Positions 49,601-57,754 of a stretch of DNA of 64,000 nucleotides are shown here, piece after piece. The first letter of the stretch is position 1. Every line of letters starts with the position of its first letter. The position numbers and the translations under genes were made by a program. The notes beneath the pieces are model-generated. The model saw only the letters and a list, made by a program, of their open reading frames with translations. It did no database searches and had not been told where the DNA came from. The stretch spans positions 67,155 to 131,154 of the forward strand of contig CAXXUO010000010.1 in assembly GCA_963666485.2 (NCBI GenBank). Reading direction: 5' to 3'. Source of the stretch: Syntrophorhabdaceae bacterium (GTDB lineage Bacteria; Desulfobacterota; Syntrophorhabdia; Syntrophorhabdales; Syntrophorhabdaceae).

Positions 49601-52600
49601 ACCACTATTGATGCCGTCGGTGCACCTGTCGATGCTCCCGCTTTGTTTCCCGACCCATCGATAAACTGAAGTTCGACCTCCTGGTGGCAGGAATTCGATA
49701 CAAAGCCGGAAAATGGTTCAATATCTATCCTGTATCCCGCCGTGTACAGTTCGGCCAGCTTGTCGGGACTGTAAAGAGGGTTTCCGCCCGCCCTGTTGGC
49801 ATAGGTGGCCTGAACCATATTGAGGGGGCTGCAGAATGAAACGCTTGTCCGAAAACACAACAGGGTTTTCTTGCTCGTTATAAATTCTGACTTCCGGGCA
49901 TCCAGGAAGGCCTCGAGTGTGTTTGGATTCGAGAAATTTCCGCTCGCAAGGATAGGCAACACATCATTGATACGGTAAACAGAACTTGAGAGTTCCAGGG
50001 GATAACCGAAATCACATTCCGCAGATGGCCATTCATATGCCAGGGTCCCGGTGTCCGATGCTGTGAATTTCGGGGATACCTGAAATCGATTCAGCATATA
50101 ACAATACGTGGTATTGACCCCCAGTCTGAGTGAAAACCCGAGGGCACCATCATCACGATCGAGGCATTCAACGATATGCCGGACAGAGAAATCATTGACA
50201 AATATATTGTCGTCCACAGCGAACAGCACGTATTGGGAGGACCGGAGCAATGCAATAAGGTCGTCCTTGAAATTGTGCTCCGGTACGAAGTTAACCGTAG
50301 AAAAACGATCTGCCAAAACGGCATAGCGCGCCTGGTGTCGATCGGAGGAGGCTGCGTAGAGCACATTTACGTAAACATCGTCCGCATCGCGGCAATGTTT
50401 GTAAAATGTGCTCAACAGGCAGTCTAACTGCATGGAACGGTCTTTACTGAAAACTATGGCAATTACTTTGGTGACCGGTCTGCTGCCATTCGTCGCGGTG
50501 CCGCCCGGCGCGTCCGGGCCATCGGTCTTTATTTCCCGGCGCCTTGGCCGGGCGCTCTCTGAATGAAGCAGGAACAATTTCGAGTATTTGTCGATAACGT
50601 GACCATATTTGGCCGCAAACACGGGATTAAGTTCATTCCTGAACAGCACGACATTATCGCTGAAATCCCTGGTGCGGATCAGATCAACCATAACGTCCTG
50701 GAACATATACTCCAGTAATTCCCTCGTGTTGTGTTCGTCAAAAACATGAAAATGCATATAAGGATACCCGATGGGGTATTTCTTATGGAACTCTCTCTGC
50801 CAGCCATGTTTCTCGACCGCGGACTGAGTATAGTCCCCGACATGGGAAGGATCGTTCCTGTCTGCCATTCCTTCGAAATCCCGGAGGAAATGCTCAATTG
50901 CCGTTGGTTTACGATAGACGTCGTAGGTGTAACGGTAGTTCGGTATTGCATGAAACTGGTATCCGCCTTTTCGGGTGACCAGGTAAAAATTGAGCAATAA
51001 AAAGATCGGGTTGAAAGAATGCTCGATCACGTTGGAGGAAACAATGCAGTCATACCGGCCCCTGAGTTGTATATCCCTGTAGGCTTCGTGCATATCGAGA
51101 ATCATCGAGGATTCATCAGCGGCCCCGAAACCGCCGTCAAGAAGATTGATATCCTCAACATCGCAACCTTCATACGTCAACAGTTGTCGAAGAGCGCCGC
51201 CGACGCGCGCTATTTTACCCGAAATTTGTGAGTTAACTTCATCAAATAATTTTGTTCCGTATACGAGGCCGTGTTCATTTCCGCTAAAGAATTCACGGGC
51301 CAGATCAAGAGACAACCGTTCTGCCCGGTGAAACCAGGTATGAAAAGAAAAGACTTCCTTTTGGGCTATAATTGCGCGCCTGTTGGCTTCGTCGGGGTCC
51401 TTCAGCATGAGATCGAAATTCTTGCTGTATTGTTCTGGTGACTCGGCCACAAAAAATCCATTCTCATCGAATCGCCTGGGAAGTAGTTGTGCGCCATCAA
51501 TGAGTTGAGGTACACCGCATGCCGCCAGTATATAGGTGCGTTCGTTCAACTCGCAAGGCCATTGTATCTGTTCGGTCAGGTGGAGGTTAAGTCCTATTCG
51601 AGATCTCGCATAAAGGTACCTGTCCTTGTTCAGATTTGATGTTTGAACTTGGAATCCCCATCCTGGACCATCAAGAAAGCCGGTATGCCGGGAGATTATT
51701 CCTGACAGGTATTCAAAATATCTTGACCATTTATCTCCGTTACTCGAACCAAGAAAAATATAATCGAGATCTGTTTTGATATCGGGAACAGGATAATGGA
51801 TAAGGGGATTTGCGGCAAATTCTATGCTGAATATTTTATAACCGGAATCAAAGAACGGGAGATATTCACGTCTACGGTTCAGGTATTCAGGCGACCGGAA
51901 ACTATAAAAAAAATCGACGTTGTGCTGTTTTGCCCAATGAAGCCTTCCCGCTAAAGGCGTATTCCCGTATTCTTCCAGGGACGCAGTCAGCCCGATGCGA
52001 AGACCGGTAACATTCTGATATTCCCTGACTTTGTCCCAATTGATACGCGAAAGGTAAAGTGTGTGATCGCTCGTCATCAAAACGCTGGGTCGGAAATCAT
52101 TCAATGCATGTTCCACGGGTTCATCCCATCCCAGGGCCCTGGTGCTTATGCCTATGTAGGAAAGGGCCTGAAACATATTCGTGAATAAAGAATATCCGCC
52201 GGGCGAAACATTTAATGGCGGGATATGAATGAGGATTCGCAAACCCGATAAACAGGTATATTTATTCTTGTAGTTTAATTTCACTTCTTGGCATAAAGAA
52301 TAACCGTTTCTAACTATTTCATTTTCCGATTCTTCGTACCGCAGCCGGTCTTCATATTGAAAGGCGTTCTTTTCGCGATCCTCCGCCCATTTCAGGATCT
52401 CATCATGTCTTTTAATGGTTAACGGATGGATGTTATTTACGAACTCCTCAAATTTGCGCTGCATTGATCCGGTGTTTACCAGATTTACAAATTCCTGGGC
52501 GATATTGAAAAGAACTTGATCTGCGGGATACTTTTTGAGAAGTCCCTCTAATACGGCAGATACCTCGGTTATCGTACCGAGTTTGTATGACAGGAATACG

Positions 52601-54639
52601 ATATTTTGCAGCACCTGATAATTCCGGTCGTCATCGGACAATGCCTGCGCGAAATGCTCCATCGCTTTACCGTAATCACCTTTCTGAAAATATCCGACCC
52701 CGATATCATTATCCAAACTGGAATTGCCCGGGTCATTTCTTGCTGCCCTGGATAACAGTTCGATCGCCGCGTCATTCTTACCGAGTCTCAGAAGAAGCCC
52801 CGCATATTCGCGGTACATCTCAGTCCGGTTCTCACAGTGAATGGGAGTCTTTTCCAACCCGGAAAACGCTTCGTATTCTTTCCCTGAATTTACCAGGTGA
52901 ATTGCCAGTTCCAGGCGGTCTTGCAAACTGAATCCCTTCTCCTTTGTGGTTTCATTTTTTGTTTCTTTCAGGAGTTGATGAAGCCGCCTTCCGTCTTCGA
53001 ATTCGGGAACTACGTTGCAGACTGTACCTATAGCTTCCTTTGCCAAAGAAAAATATCCGGCCTCATAGGCTGTTTTTGCGAGGTACCAATAGACTCGCCA
53101 GTGATCCATGCCGAGAATTATAGCGGTTCGGAATTCCTTGCAAGCCTGCATATATTTTATCTGACCCATAAGCGCGAGTGCGTACCAAAGCCGGTAGTGC
53201 CGCCCAAAACCGTGATATTCGGAATCGGCGTATTGTGTGCATAAAGCGTACAGAAGAGTCATCTCCGTATCTGTGGCATTGGTGATTGCCTGCTCGGAAT
53301 TGATAATTTCTTCGGCTTCCCCATCTGCCTCGAATAGTCGGCTCGCAGTGCAGGCAATGAGTGTCGGAGACATTGTTATCGTATCTCTATGGCGAAAAGC
53401 CATCAGAATATCGGCGCAGAGCGCGAATGAAAATGCATTATCGATTTCTCTTAGTGCGGTACATAGTGTCGTGATGTCTGATTGATCCGGTCCGGCATCA
53501 GTGTCCCGATTCCATGCCCTGTCAAAGAACCTGATATTATCGATCAGGATCACGCAATTGTCAGGTTTTGCGTCACTGATCGCCTTGACTTCTTCCATAA
53601 GGCGGGTATTTCTTGGCGTGCCAGGGTCATAGTCTTCGTTACATGTGAGCCGGATCAGGATATTTTTGTTCGATCTGGCAAATATTTCAGGAAAACAGCA
53701 TACCGGACTTCCACAAAGGATTTTACTTTTGAGCCCGTAAAAAGTCTTTTCGGAGTCATTATGCAGCTCCGGTCCTTGATGAATAAGCCAGGTCACCTCA
53801 AATGCATCGGATACATCCGGCGATGTATCATCGATGCATACATCTGTATCAATGTATGTGGTGAGACCAAACAGCCGTGATATTTTTTGGAGAAAATGAG
53901 GCTGTATTGACCCTGTTGGCAATTTGACATGTTCAAATTCGAGTCTATTGTCGTCCGTATATTGCCCCGTGCCCTCATTGCCGACAATTTCACTGTCGAT
54001 CGGGATATCGTGGCTCTTTGCTTTTTCATTTACTGCGATATAGTTACAAAATACGTAGTCTTCTTGAACGAGGGGCATGTATTCCACACCTGTTTCGGTT
54101 ATACGGTAAAATTTCCATCCATTCAAGAAAGAGTATATGTCGCCCAGTCTTATGTCCGCATCCAGGAATGTTCCTCCGTATTCAAACTGTATATAAGGAC
54201 ATGATCTTCTAATCATGTTTTCGGCGCCCTTCATTACTTCCAATTCAAACCCTTCGACATCTATTTTTAGGAAATCAATATGTTCTACCCCATTTTCTGT
54301 GCAGTAATCGTCAAGGCGGACGATGTCAATTTCGTACGGGACAGCAGTGGATTTGGTGTGATGTGTCCTGCAAACGATGGATTCCGTATCGCTATAATAC
54401 AGAAGCTTGCTGTTGGTATTGCCGAGACCAAAATTGTTGGCGATGACATTTGGAAGATGTCTTATTTTTGTCAGGAGGCTTCTATAGGAAGCGGGATTTG
54501 GTTCAAATACATGGAAGGTTACATCAGGGTATAATTCCATAATGTTCGTATCGTTACGGACCCCCACGTCAAATACGATCTTGCATAGCGGCAATATCCG
54601 GTGCCACATTTTTAATTCACTGTTTGTTATAAGGGTCAT
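43693..54639 (-). CDS. giant (~3648 aa) multidomain glycosyltransferase/methyltransferase/TPR protein
   Basis: AGGAGG RBS before ATG 54639; FkbM-like MTase, CgeB-like GT, several GT2/GT-A domains, class I and DUF268-like MTases, TPR blocks; unbroken frame. Confidence 0.9.
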   Translation of the reverse strand: MTLITNSELKMWHRILPLCKIVFDVGVRNDTNIMELYPDVTFHVFEPNPASYRSLLTKIRHLPNVIANNFGLGNTNSKLLYYSDTESIVCRTHHTKSTAVPYEIDIVRLDDYCTENGVEHIDFLKIDVEGFELEVMKGAENMIRRSCPYIQFEYGGTFLDADIRLGDIYSFLNGWKFYRITETGVEYMPLVQEDYVFCNYIAVNEKAKSHDIPIDSEIVGNEGTGQYTDDNRLEFEHVKLPTGSIQPHFLQKISRLFGLTTYIDTDVCIDDTSPDVSDAFEVTWLIHQGPELHNDSEKTFYGLKSKILCGSPVCCFPEIFARSNKNILIRLTCNEDYDPGTPRNTRLMEEVKAISDAKPDNCVILIDNIRFFDRAWNRDTDAGPDQSDITTLCTALREIDNAFSFALCADILMAFRHRDTITMSPTLIACTASRLFEADGEAEEIINSEQAITNATDTEMTLLYALCTQYADSEYHGFGRHYRLWYALALMGQIKYMQACKEFRTAIILGMDHWRVYWYLAKTAYEAGYFSLAKEAIGTVCNVVPEFEDGRRLHQLLKETKNETTKEKGFSLQDRLELAIHLVNSGKEYEAFSGLEKTPIHCENRTEMYREYAGLLLRLGKNDAAIELLSRAARNDPGNSSLDNDIGVGYFQKGDYGKAMEHFAQALSDDDRNYQVLQNIVFLSYKLGTITEVSAVLEGLLKKYPADQVLFNIAQEFVNLVNTGSMQRKFEEFVNNIHPLTIKRHDEILKWAEDREKNAFQYEDRLRYEESENEIVRNGYSLCQEVKLNYKNKYTCLSGLRILIHIPPLNVSPGGYSLFTNMFQALSYIGISTRALGWDEPVEHALNDFRPSVLMTSDHTLYLSRINWDKVREYQNVTGLRIGLTASLEEYGNTPLAGRLHWAKQHNVDFFYSFRSPEYLNRRREYLPFFDSGYKIFSIEFAANPLIHYPVPDIKTDLDYIFLGSSNGDKWSRYFEYLSGIISRHTGFLDGPGWGFQVQTSNLNKDRYLYARSRIGLNLHLTEQIQWPCELNERTYILAACGVPQLIDGAQLLPRRFDENGFFVAESPEQYSKNFDLMLKDPDEANRRAIIAQKEVFSFHTWFHRAERLSLDLAREFFSGNEHGLVYGTKLFDEVNSQISGKIARVGGALRQLLTYEGCDVEDINLLDGGFGAADESSMILDMHEAYRDIQLRGRYDCIVSSNVIEHSFNPIFLLLNFYLVTRKGGYQFHAIPNYRYTYDVYRKPTAIEHFLRDFEGMADRNDPSHVGDYTQSAVEKHGWQREFHKKYPIGYPYMHFHVFDEHNTRELLEYMFQDVMVDLIRTRDFSDNVVLFRNELNPVFAAKYGHVIDKYSKLFLLHSESARPRRREIKTDGPDAPGGTATNGSRPVTKVIAIVFSKDRSMQLDCLLSTFYKHCRDADDVYVNVLYAASSDRHQARYAVLADRFSTVNFVPEHNFKDDLIALLRSSQYVLFAVDDNIFVNDFSVRHIVECLDRDDGALGFSLRLGVNTTYCYMLNRFQVSPKFTASDTGTLAYEWPSAECDFGYPLELSSSVYRINDVLPILASGNFSNPNTLEAFLDARKSEFITSKKTLLCFRTSVSFCSPLNMVQATYANRAGGNPLYSPDKLAELYTAGYRIDIEPFSGFVSNSCHQEVELQFIDGSGNKAGASTGAPTASIVVLSFNGIDHIRACIDSIRRNTVEEYEIIVVDNARQDGSREYLKSLDDIVLIENDENRGPAVARAQAMSVARGEYIAFLDDDTIVSHEWLTKFIAITRARPDIGMIGAVSNYASGHQLVPGARYDNIDEFEEFARKHYEDNKGRLTLTHRLISFCLFITRAVANKIGTFDGRFGLFGFEDDDYSLRAYIAGLKPCVAHEIFIHHTGGPQGRGNEAYNARLQEAWRIFKDKWGIPKDVPYGGSFDIETISNQQFDENRHYVPIPSNGIEEIEINIVFARARESAGRGDLDNAIAIFCDHLTGRPDSGIVYAALGTLYRGKGEYEKARDALKRAIELMPSEVTTYLQLAELHSLMNETDKAVEVFETVLTREPSHIEAMAGLVDTLVNSGRLAEAVEKVKNALLEDPGNPDMIAIFGHLAAVSRNPDALETCIGKLTDIDPSHSAVPKLQAIHAEIKGRHDSSRDPVREQSENSVLTLTFIKTADFSLDPAFLTIMRDLCDSHVFVETGTFAGSTALAASRVFREVHTVELDETLFDRACDRLKNISNVKVHRGDSGEVLPGILQNITGPILFWLDGHYSGDETARSGKDTPILEEIRAIARSGITDSTIMIDDIRLFPTAGADGETDYPSLTEVCNEISAIDENYRFVVYGDILIAYHGTDQVFSPVVSACTATRFYDDGVLDEHTVFKAEDIIRQACGDELQAINTYHAVFRSGAPGCGYLRLWKALTCMGDGKYSETIDEIEAAIGQGFYRPRLSIYLAEAYLQTGRPEAAAQHVDKALHEQPHSIYAQKMREIINGSIPAAPEASPATRFHEDAGQYTHLLEKTEKRFVINPSDIMCIDERTPSLDFDPHYMLHTSWAARVLAETRPVKHVDISSSLYFATIASAFVPIEFYDYRPAPISLSGLNSQAADATKLPFPDNSIDSLSCMHVVEHIGLGRYGDPIDPDGDLKAINELKRVVTPGGQLLFVVPMGRPRLVFNAHRIYSYDQIAGYFDGFSIEQFRLIPDQAEGGNWTLLDGTRELADRQTYGCGCFVFKKRKIDRESAVQGTKTSQSDPYVKKRSLSVIIPAPHLNQSLVQCLKFLTINTEQICETIIVTKKPSKIPAWLKKAAKDKTRIISMHKQANFSHMCNEALKNTTGEYVLILDQGTVIQDGTIRKMMHYLTTNDHLAMVVPMANHAAGIQEIPGTRDMSLAEFEDFTGPFGERNAYRFVEAFEIDTFCILMKKQAVANIGPFDENISNRFFTLNDYRIRGLLHEYSAGVATDAAVYRIDPDDAQKSRDEVFQSKWANPDPGTPSGKTLLVSGTLKNAMDLYGKGLLQESISAIMDGIRYAPENSSLYYCLSRILLSAKMFDQAREALDSLSDHERNTAHARDILAYCNFYLDNLEAAREYNDSVLALSPDSASALTLKGLLIGRLGDRHGAGTLFRQAILANPGLAEPYMHIGVMKWQDEDARHEALEYIERAFILSPDNEDFSTTYHTAIRSAGNLERGETVVREALRLYPKNKKLVFLHTALLLEQDKYDDAMKHIEKTILDFGIDDELLQAALSVRDRIGARIIDDRAGTAGTLSICMIVKNEEKFILKCLESIKPVADEIIVVDTGSTDRTRDICRIFGARVYDYPWTENFSEARNVSLEKAQGEWVLVHDADEVLSPRDHDSLKQLIRKNSSQPVAYDIITRNYIIEPATDGWVPNTVREYAEEEQGTGWFPSNKVRLFTRDPRICFSNPVHEILEPSIMQAGIEIKKCTIPIHHYGKLPSEKGKAKGNSYYELGKKKLELAGNTPMALRELAVQAEELGRHDEAIDHWCAYSRIKPDLALPHFNMASIYLEMGQFENAFSAAKKAYEIDPVSKETVLTYAAASLCAGDEYEAVDRLKNLLAKVDNYPPAQAALIAAYCITGQAQDGISLMKSMKEKGYNYDPAFHSLAKKLKLAGKTEQSIALLESVITWNNRDPDTVSLLNECREGQAV

Positions 54640-54920
54640 TCCACTGCCTCCTGCAATAGGCGTTACTTGAGGAATTTCGATTTTCAGGCCTTCGTATGCG
54701 CGGGTCCAAACACATGGGTAATATATGATGTATGCAATATATATGCCGACTTGGCTGCAATAATACGGTATATACCCTATACCAGTCTTGCTGAACCAAT
54801 GTTTACCCGTACAAACCCGGAATTTATATGCCAAATCGCGTAATCCGATCACAAACGATGCATACGGGGAGCCTGACGTTCAAAATATGTCAGATAATTG
54901 ACGATTGGAGCGTGAAAATC

Positions 54921-54947
54921 TTAAGCGCATGTCTATTTGTGCGATAA
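54921..54947 (+). promoter_or_regulatory. sigma28-like promoter
   Basis: TTAA-N15-TGCGATAA. Confidence 0.55.
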
Positions 54948-54979
54948 CAAGGAAGGCAGGTATACCGGGAGATCACGGA

Positions 54980-56572
54980 ATGAATATCATCTATGCAGGA
55001 AATCCCCTGCTTATCTTGTCGCAGGCGAATATACCGAAAAAGGCCGGTGTGCGGGCCGCCGCCGGACCGGCGATAGCCGACACGATTGCACTTTCCCGGG
55101 TCCCCGATAAAGCGCTCGTCAAGTACCTTGAAGCTGTTGATAGTATTGCTTCGGACTTGCTGCGTATTCTCGATGACTATGCAGCGACAGGAACACCGGT
55201 TGACGAACCCTTTTTTCCCAACGGCTTACCTCAATTCCGGGCCGTCGCCGGTGAAAACAAGTATATCTATTTTCCCGCCGAGGGCCCCGGAGGTAAAGAG
55301 ACAGGGCGCGGTCAGGTCATTGTCATACGCGATAACCTGTTCCTTTCCGATGGTGCGCCGGTGCCGGGGGATGAAGAGGCCTTGCAGCCCTTTGTCAAGG
55401 AAGTCGGGAGCCGGTTGTCAGCCGCAGCCTCGGGTATAGGGCTGAAGGTTGCAGATATCGAAACGGTACCTGTTCGGGACAGGTTTATACTGCTTTCCGG
55501 AACGGGGGATGCCACACCCGTGATCCCGGTTATCCTGAGGAAGGTCCCGGGCGGGCCGGATCAGATAGGCAAGGTTCAGGTCCCGGCGGGTGATATACAG
55601 GATATTATAACGAAAATAAAGGCATTCATCGATGAACAGGCGAACGTTGAGAAGGTTGATGCTCCGCCGGAAAAATCCCTTTTGTCAAACAATGATCCTT
55701 TAGAACTCGGGACGGATAAATCGCCGGTACCAGCAGAAACGGAGACTATTCCGGTCCATGGCCCTGTTAAGATTGTCAAAGAGATCTTATCCTCGGCCTT
55801 TTCCGGTCACACGGATGATAAGACCACCCTTAAGAATGCGGAAGACGGGAGAGAGGTGGGAACCGGAGTCACCCGCGGACCGGCTGTGCCGGGCGGGGGA
55901 TTACGGGATGCCTTACCCGGTATCACGGTGCGGTATGTGGATGCATCGACGCTTTCGCCGGATGTCCCGGCCGGGACGGACTCTCGTTCTCTTATCGTAG
56001 ATAAGCTTGTCTCTTTCAAGGAAATGATCGAAATCGCAATCGAACCCGCGTTGTTGCCGGAAGGGACATCAGAAGAAGATCTTGCGGCGGTCAGGGAGAC
56101 GAGAAGATCGGTGCATGAGCAGATGCCGGCCTTGGTGCGTCAGGCACTGCATGCTGCATCGCGGAATTATGAGGCAAGCGGCAATGCAGCCGATCAGGGT
56201 ATTTTTGGAATAGGTATCGATGAGAAAGGCAGCCTTCGTATCGATTTGGCCGCCCTTGTTGAATCCCTGGGGGATAAAAAGGAAAAAACCGTAACGTTCA
56301 TCCGGGATTTCGCGGCCTCGTTGCAGGACAGGTTGAGATATGATTTTAACCCTCTCGCGGGTGCGTTTGCAGGAGGCCGGGATACTGCCAGCATTACGGG
56401 GGCCGGCAAAAAGGGCAATGCCGGTGATGATAGTGATGAACAAAAGGCCCGGTTCGAAGAAAGGCTGAACAAGGTACAGTTGCTGTTGAGAAGTTCTTAT
56501 GAATTGAAGGACCAGCTTACGCAGGCACTCTCTTTGAACACGGCAGGGGTCATTGATGAAACGGATCAATGA
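54980..56572 (+). CDS. hypothetical protein with FliD C-terminal-like segment
   Basis: IFGIGIDEKGSLRIDLAALVESL resembles the FliD_C motif; C-terminal coiled coil; sigma28-like promoter. Confidence 0.55.
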   Translation: MNIIYAGNPLLILSQANIPKKAGVRAAAGPAIADTIALSRVPDKALVKYLEAVDSIASDLLRILDDYAATGTPVDEPFFPNGLPQFRAVAGENKYIYFPAEGPGGKETGRGQVIVIRDNLFLSDGAPVPGDEEALQPFVKEVGSRLSAAASGIGLKVADIETVPVRDRFILLSGTGDATPVIPVILRKVPGGPDQIGKVQVPAGDIQDIITKIKAFIDEQANVEKVDAPPEKSLLSNNDPLELGTDKSPVPAETETIPVHGPVKIVKEILSSAFSGHTDDKTTLKNAEDGREVGTGVTRGPAVPGGGLRDALPGITVRYVDASTLSPDVPAGTDSRSLIVDKLVSFKEMIEIAIEPALLPEGTSEEDLAAVRETRRSVHEQMPALVRQALHAASRNYEASGNAADQGIFGIGIDEKGSLRIDLAALVESLGDKKEKTVTFIRDFAASLQDRLRYDFNPLAGAFAGGRDTASITGAGKKGNAGDDSDEQKARFEERLNKVQLLLRSSYELKDQLTQALSLNTAGVIDETDQ

Positions 56573-56882
56573 AAGGGACATAGAAAGGTTTCAGGAGTCG
56601 ACGCGGGCGGCCCTTGACGAGGCTGATGGCGACAGGTTTATCGAGTGCCTGCTGCAGAGGGAGGCGATGACGGCGAAGATCACCGAATTTTCCCCGAGCC
56701 TCGAAAAAAATATAGCGGAGCGTCTCTATGGCAGCGAAACGCTGATCATCGAGAGGCTCGAAGCGGAGAGGTCTAAATTATTTAAGGAAATCGATGTGTT
56801 TGTGAAGAGCAGAAGGGTAGCCAGGTCGTACGCGTCCACGTTTCCCATCCCGCCGGTCACGCCGTTTTCTCAGAAAAAATAA
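56556..56882 (+). CDS. FliT-like helical protein
   Basis: LLQREA and ...ARSY pattern; overlaps the FliD-like gene. Confidence 0.5.
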   Translation: MKRINERDIERFQESTRAALDEADGDRFIECLLQREAMTAKITEFSPSLEKNIAERLYGSETLIIERLEAERSKLFKEIDVFVKSRRVARSYASTFPIPPVTPFSQKK

Positions 56883-56891
56883 TAAAAAGCC

Positions 56892-56918
56892 TTAAGTACC
56901 TTTTCCTTTATCCGATAA
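56892..56918 (+). promoter_or_regulatory. sigma28 promoter
   Basis: TTAA-N15-TCCGATAA. Confidence 0.7.
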
Positions 56919-56937
56919 CCTATACAGGGAGAGCAAC

Positions 56938-57144
56938 ATGACGATATCTGATTACCAGATAAGTTCAGTGATCAGGACCTACATGAAGAACATGAAAGTC
57001 CGGATGAACCACCCTGGTAATGACCGGGAGGTCGAGAACCGCGAGGACGAGGTTAGCATCTCAAGGGAAGGCATGAAGAAAATGATGTATGACCGTATCG
57101 GCGAACACGTCACAGAAAAACTGAAGAGACATGATGACAAATGA
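56938..57144 (+). CDS. small flagellar-associated protein (DVU0524-like)
   Basis: MTISDYQISSVIRTY...DEVSISREG. Confidence 0.7.
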   Translation: MTISDYQISSVIRTYMKNMKVRMNHPGNDREVENREDEVSISREGMKKMMYDRIGEHVTEKLKRHDDK

Positions 57145-57715
57145 TGAAACCTTCCGCATCCTCGTTGTTGACGACAATAAAGAACTCAGAGAGATACTAG
57201 AAGAGTTCCTTAAGGCAGACGGTCATGACGTGGAAGGGTCCCCGAACGGCCGGGACGCCCTCGAGCGGCACCAGATATCTCCCTTCGACCTGATCATCAC
57301 CGACCTTAACATGCCTGAAATATCGGGCATGGAATTGATCAAGACCATCCGGAAAGAAAACCAGGATACGGAATTTGTCATCATAACCGGTTATGCCTCG
57401 ATGGACAGCGCGGTCGAGGCAGTGAGGATCGGCGCTTTCGATTACATTGTCAAGCCGTTCCGCATGGAAGAGCTCCACGTCGTCGTGAAGAATGCACGCG
57501 ACAAGATCACTCTGAAAAAGCTCAATGCCAAACTCGTCCAGACCCTGCAGAGCTTTTATGACGAGATGGACCGGTACCGCAAGAAGAAGCCCGACGAAAA
57601 AGAGCCGAAAGATACCGCAGCATTCGACGTCCAGCAAGACAGCGATACTGAAAAGATCGTGTCAGAGATCAGAGATCTCGAAAAACTGAGAAAGGGGAGG
57701 CTTCTCATTGAGTGA
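57131..57715 (+). CDS. response regulator (REC + coiled coil)
   Basis: ILVVDD, ITDLNMP, ITGY, GAFDYIVKPF. Confidence 0.92.
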   Translation: MMTNDETFRILVVDDNKELREILEEFLKADGHDVEGSPNGRDALERHQISPFDLIITDLNMPEISGMELIKTIRKENQDTEFVIITGYASMDSAVEAVRIGAFDYIVKPFRMEELHVVVKNARDKITLKKLNAKLVQTLQSFYDEMDRYRKKKPDEKEPKDTAAFDVQQDSDTEKIVSEIRDLEKLRKGRLLIE

Positions 57716-57754
57716 CAGAATGTCATCAGCATTGACCGGGACCGTGGTGTAGCC

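Noticed and set aside
54640..54852. N-terminal 71 aa of the 3719-aa ORF
   Set aside because: A strong AGGAGG precedes ATG 54639; the upstream extension looks non-coding
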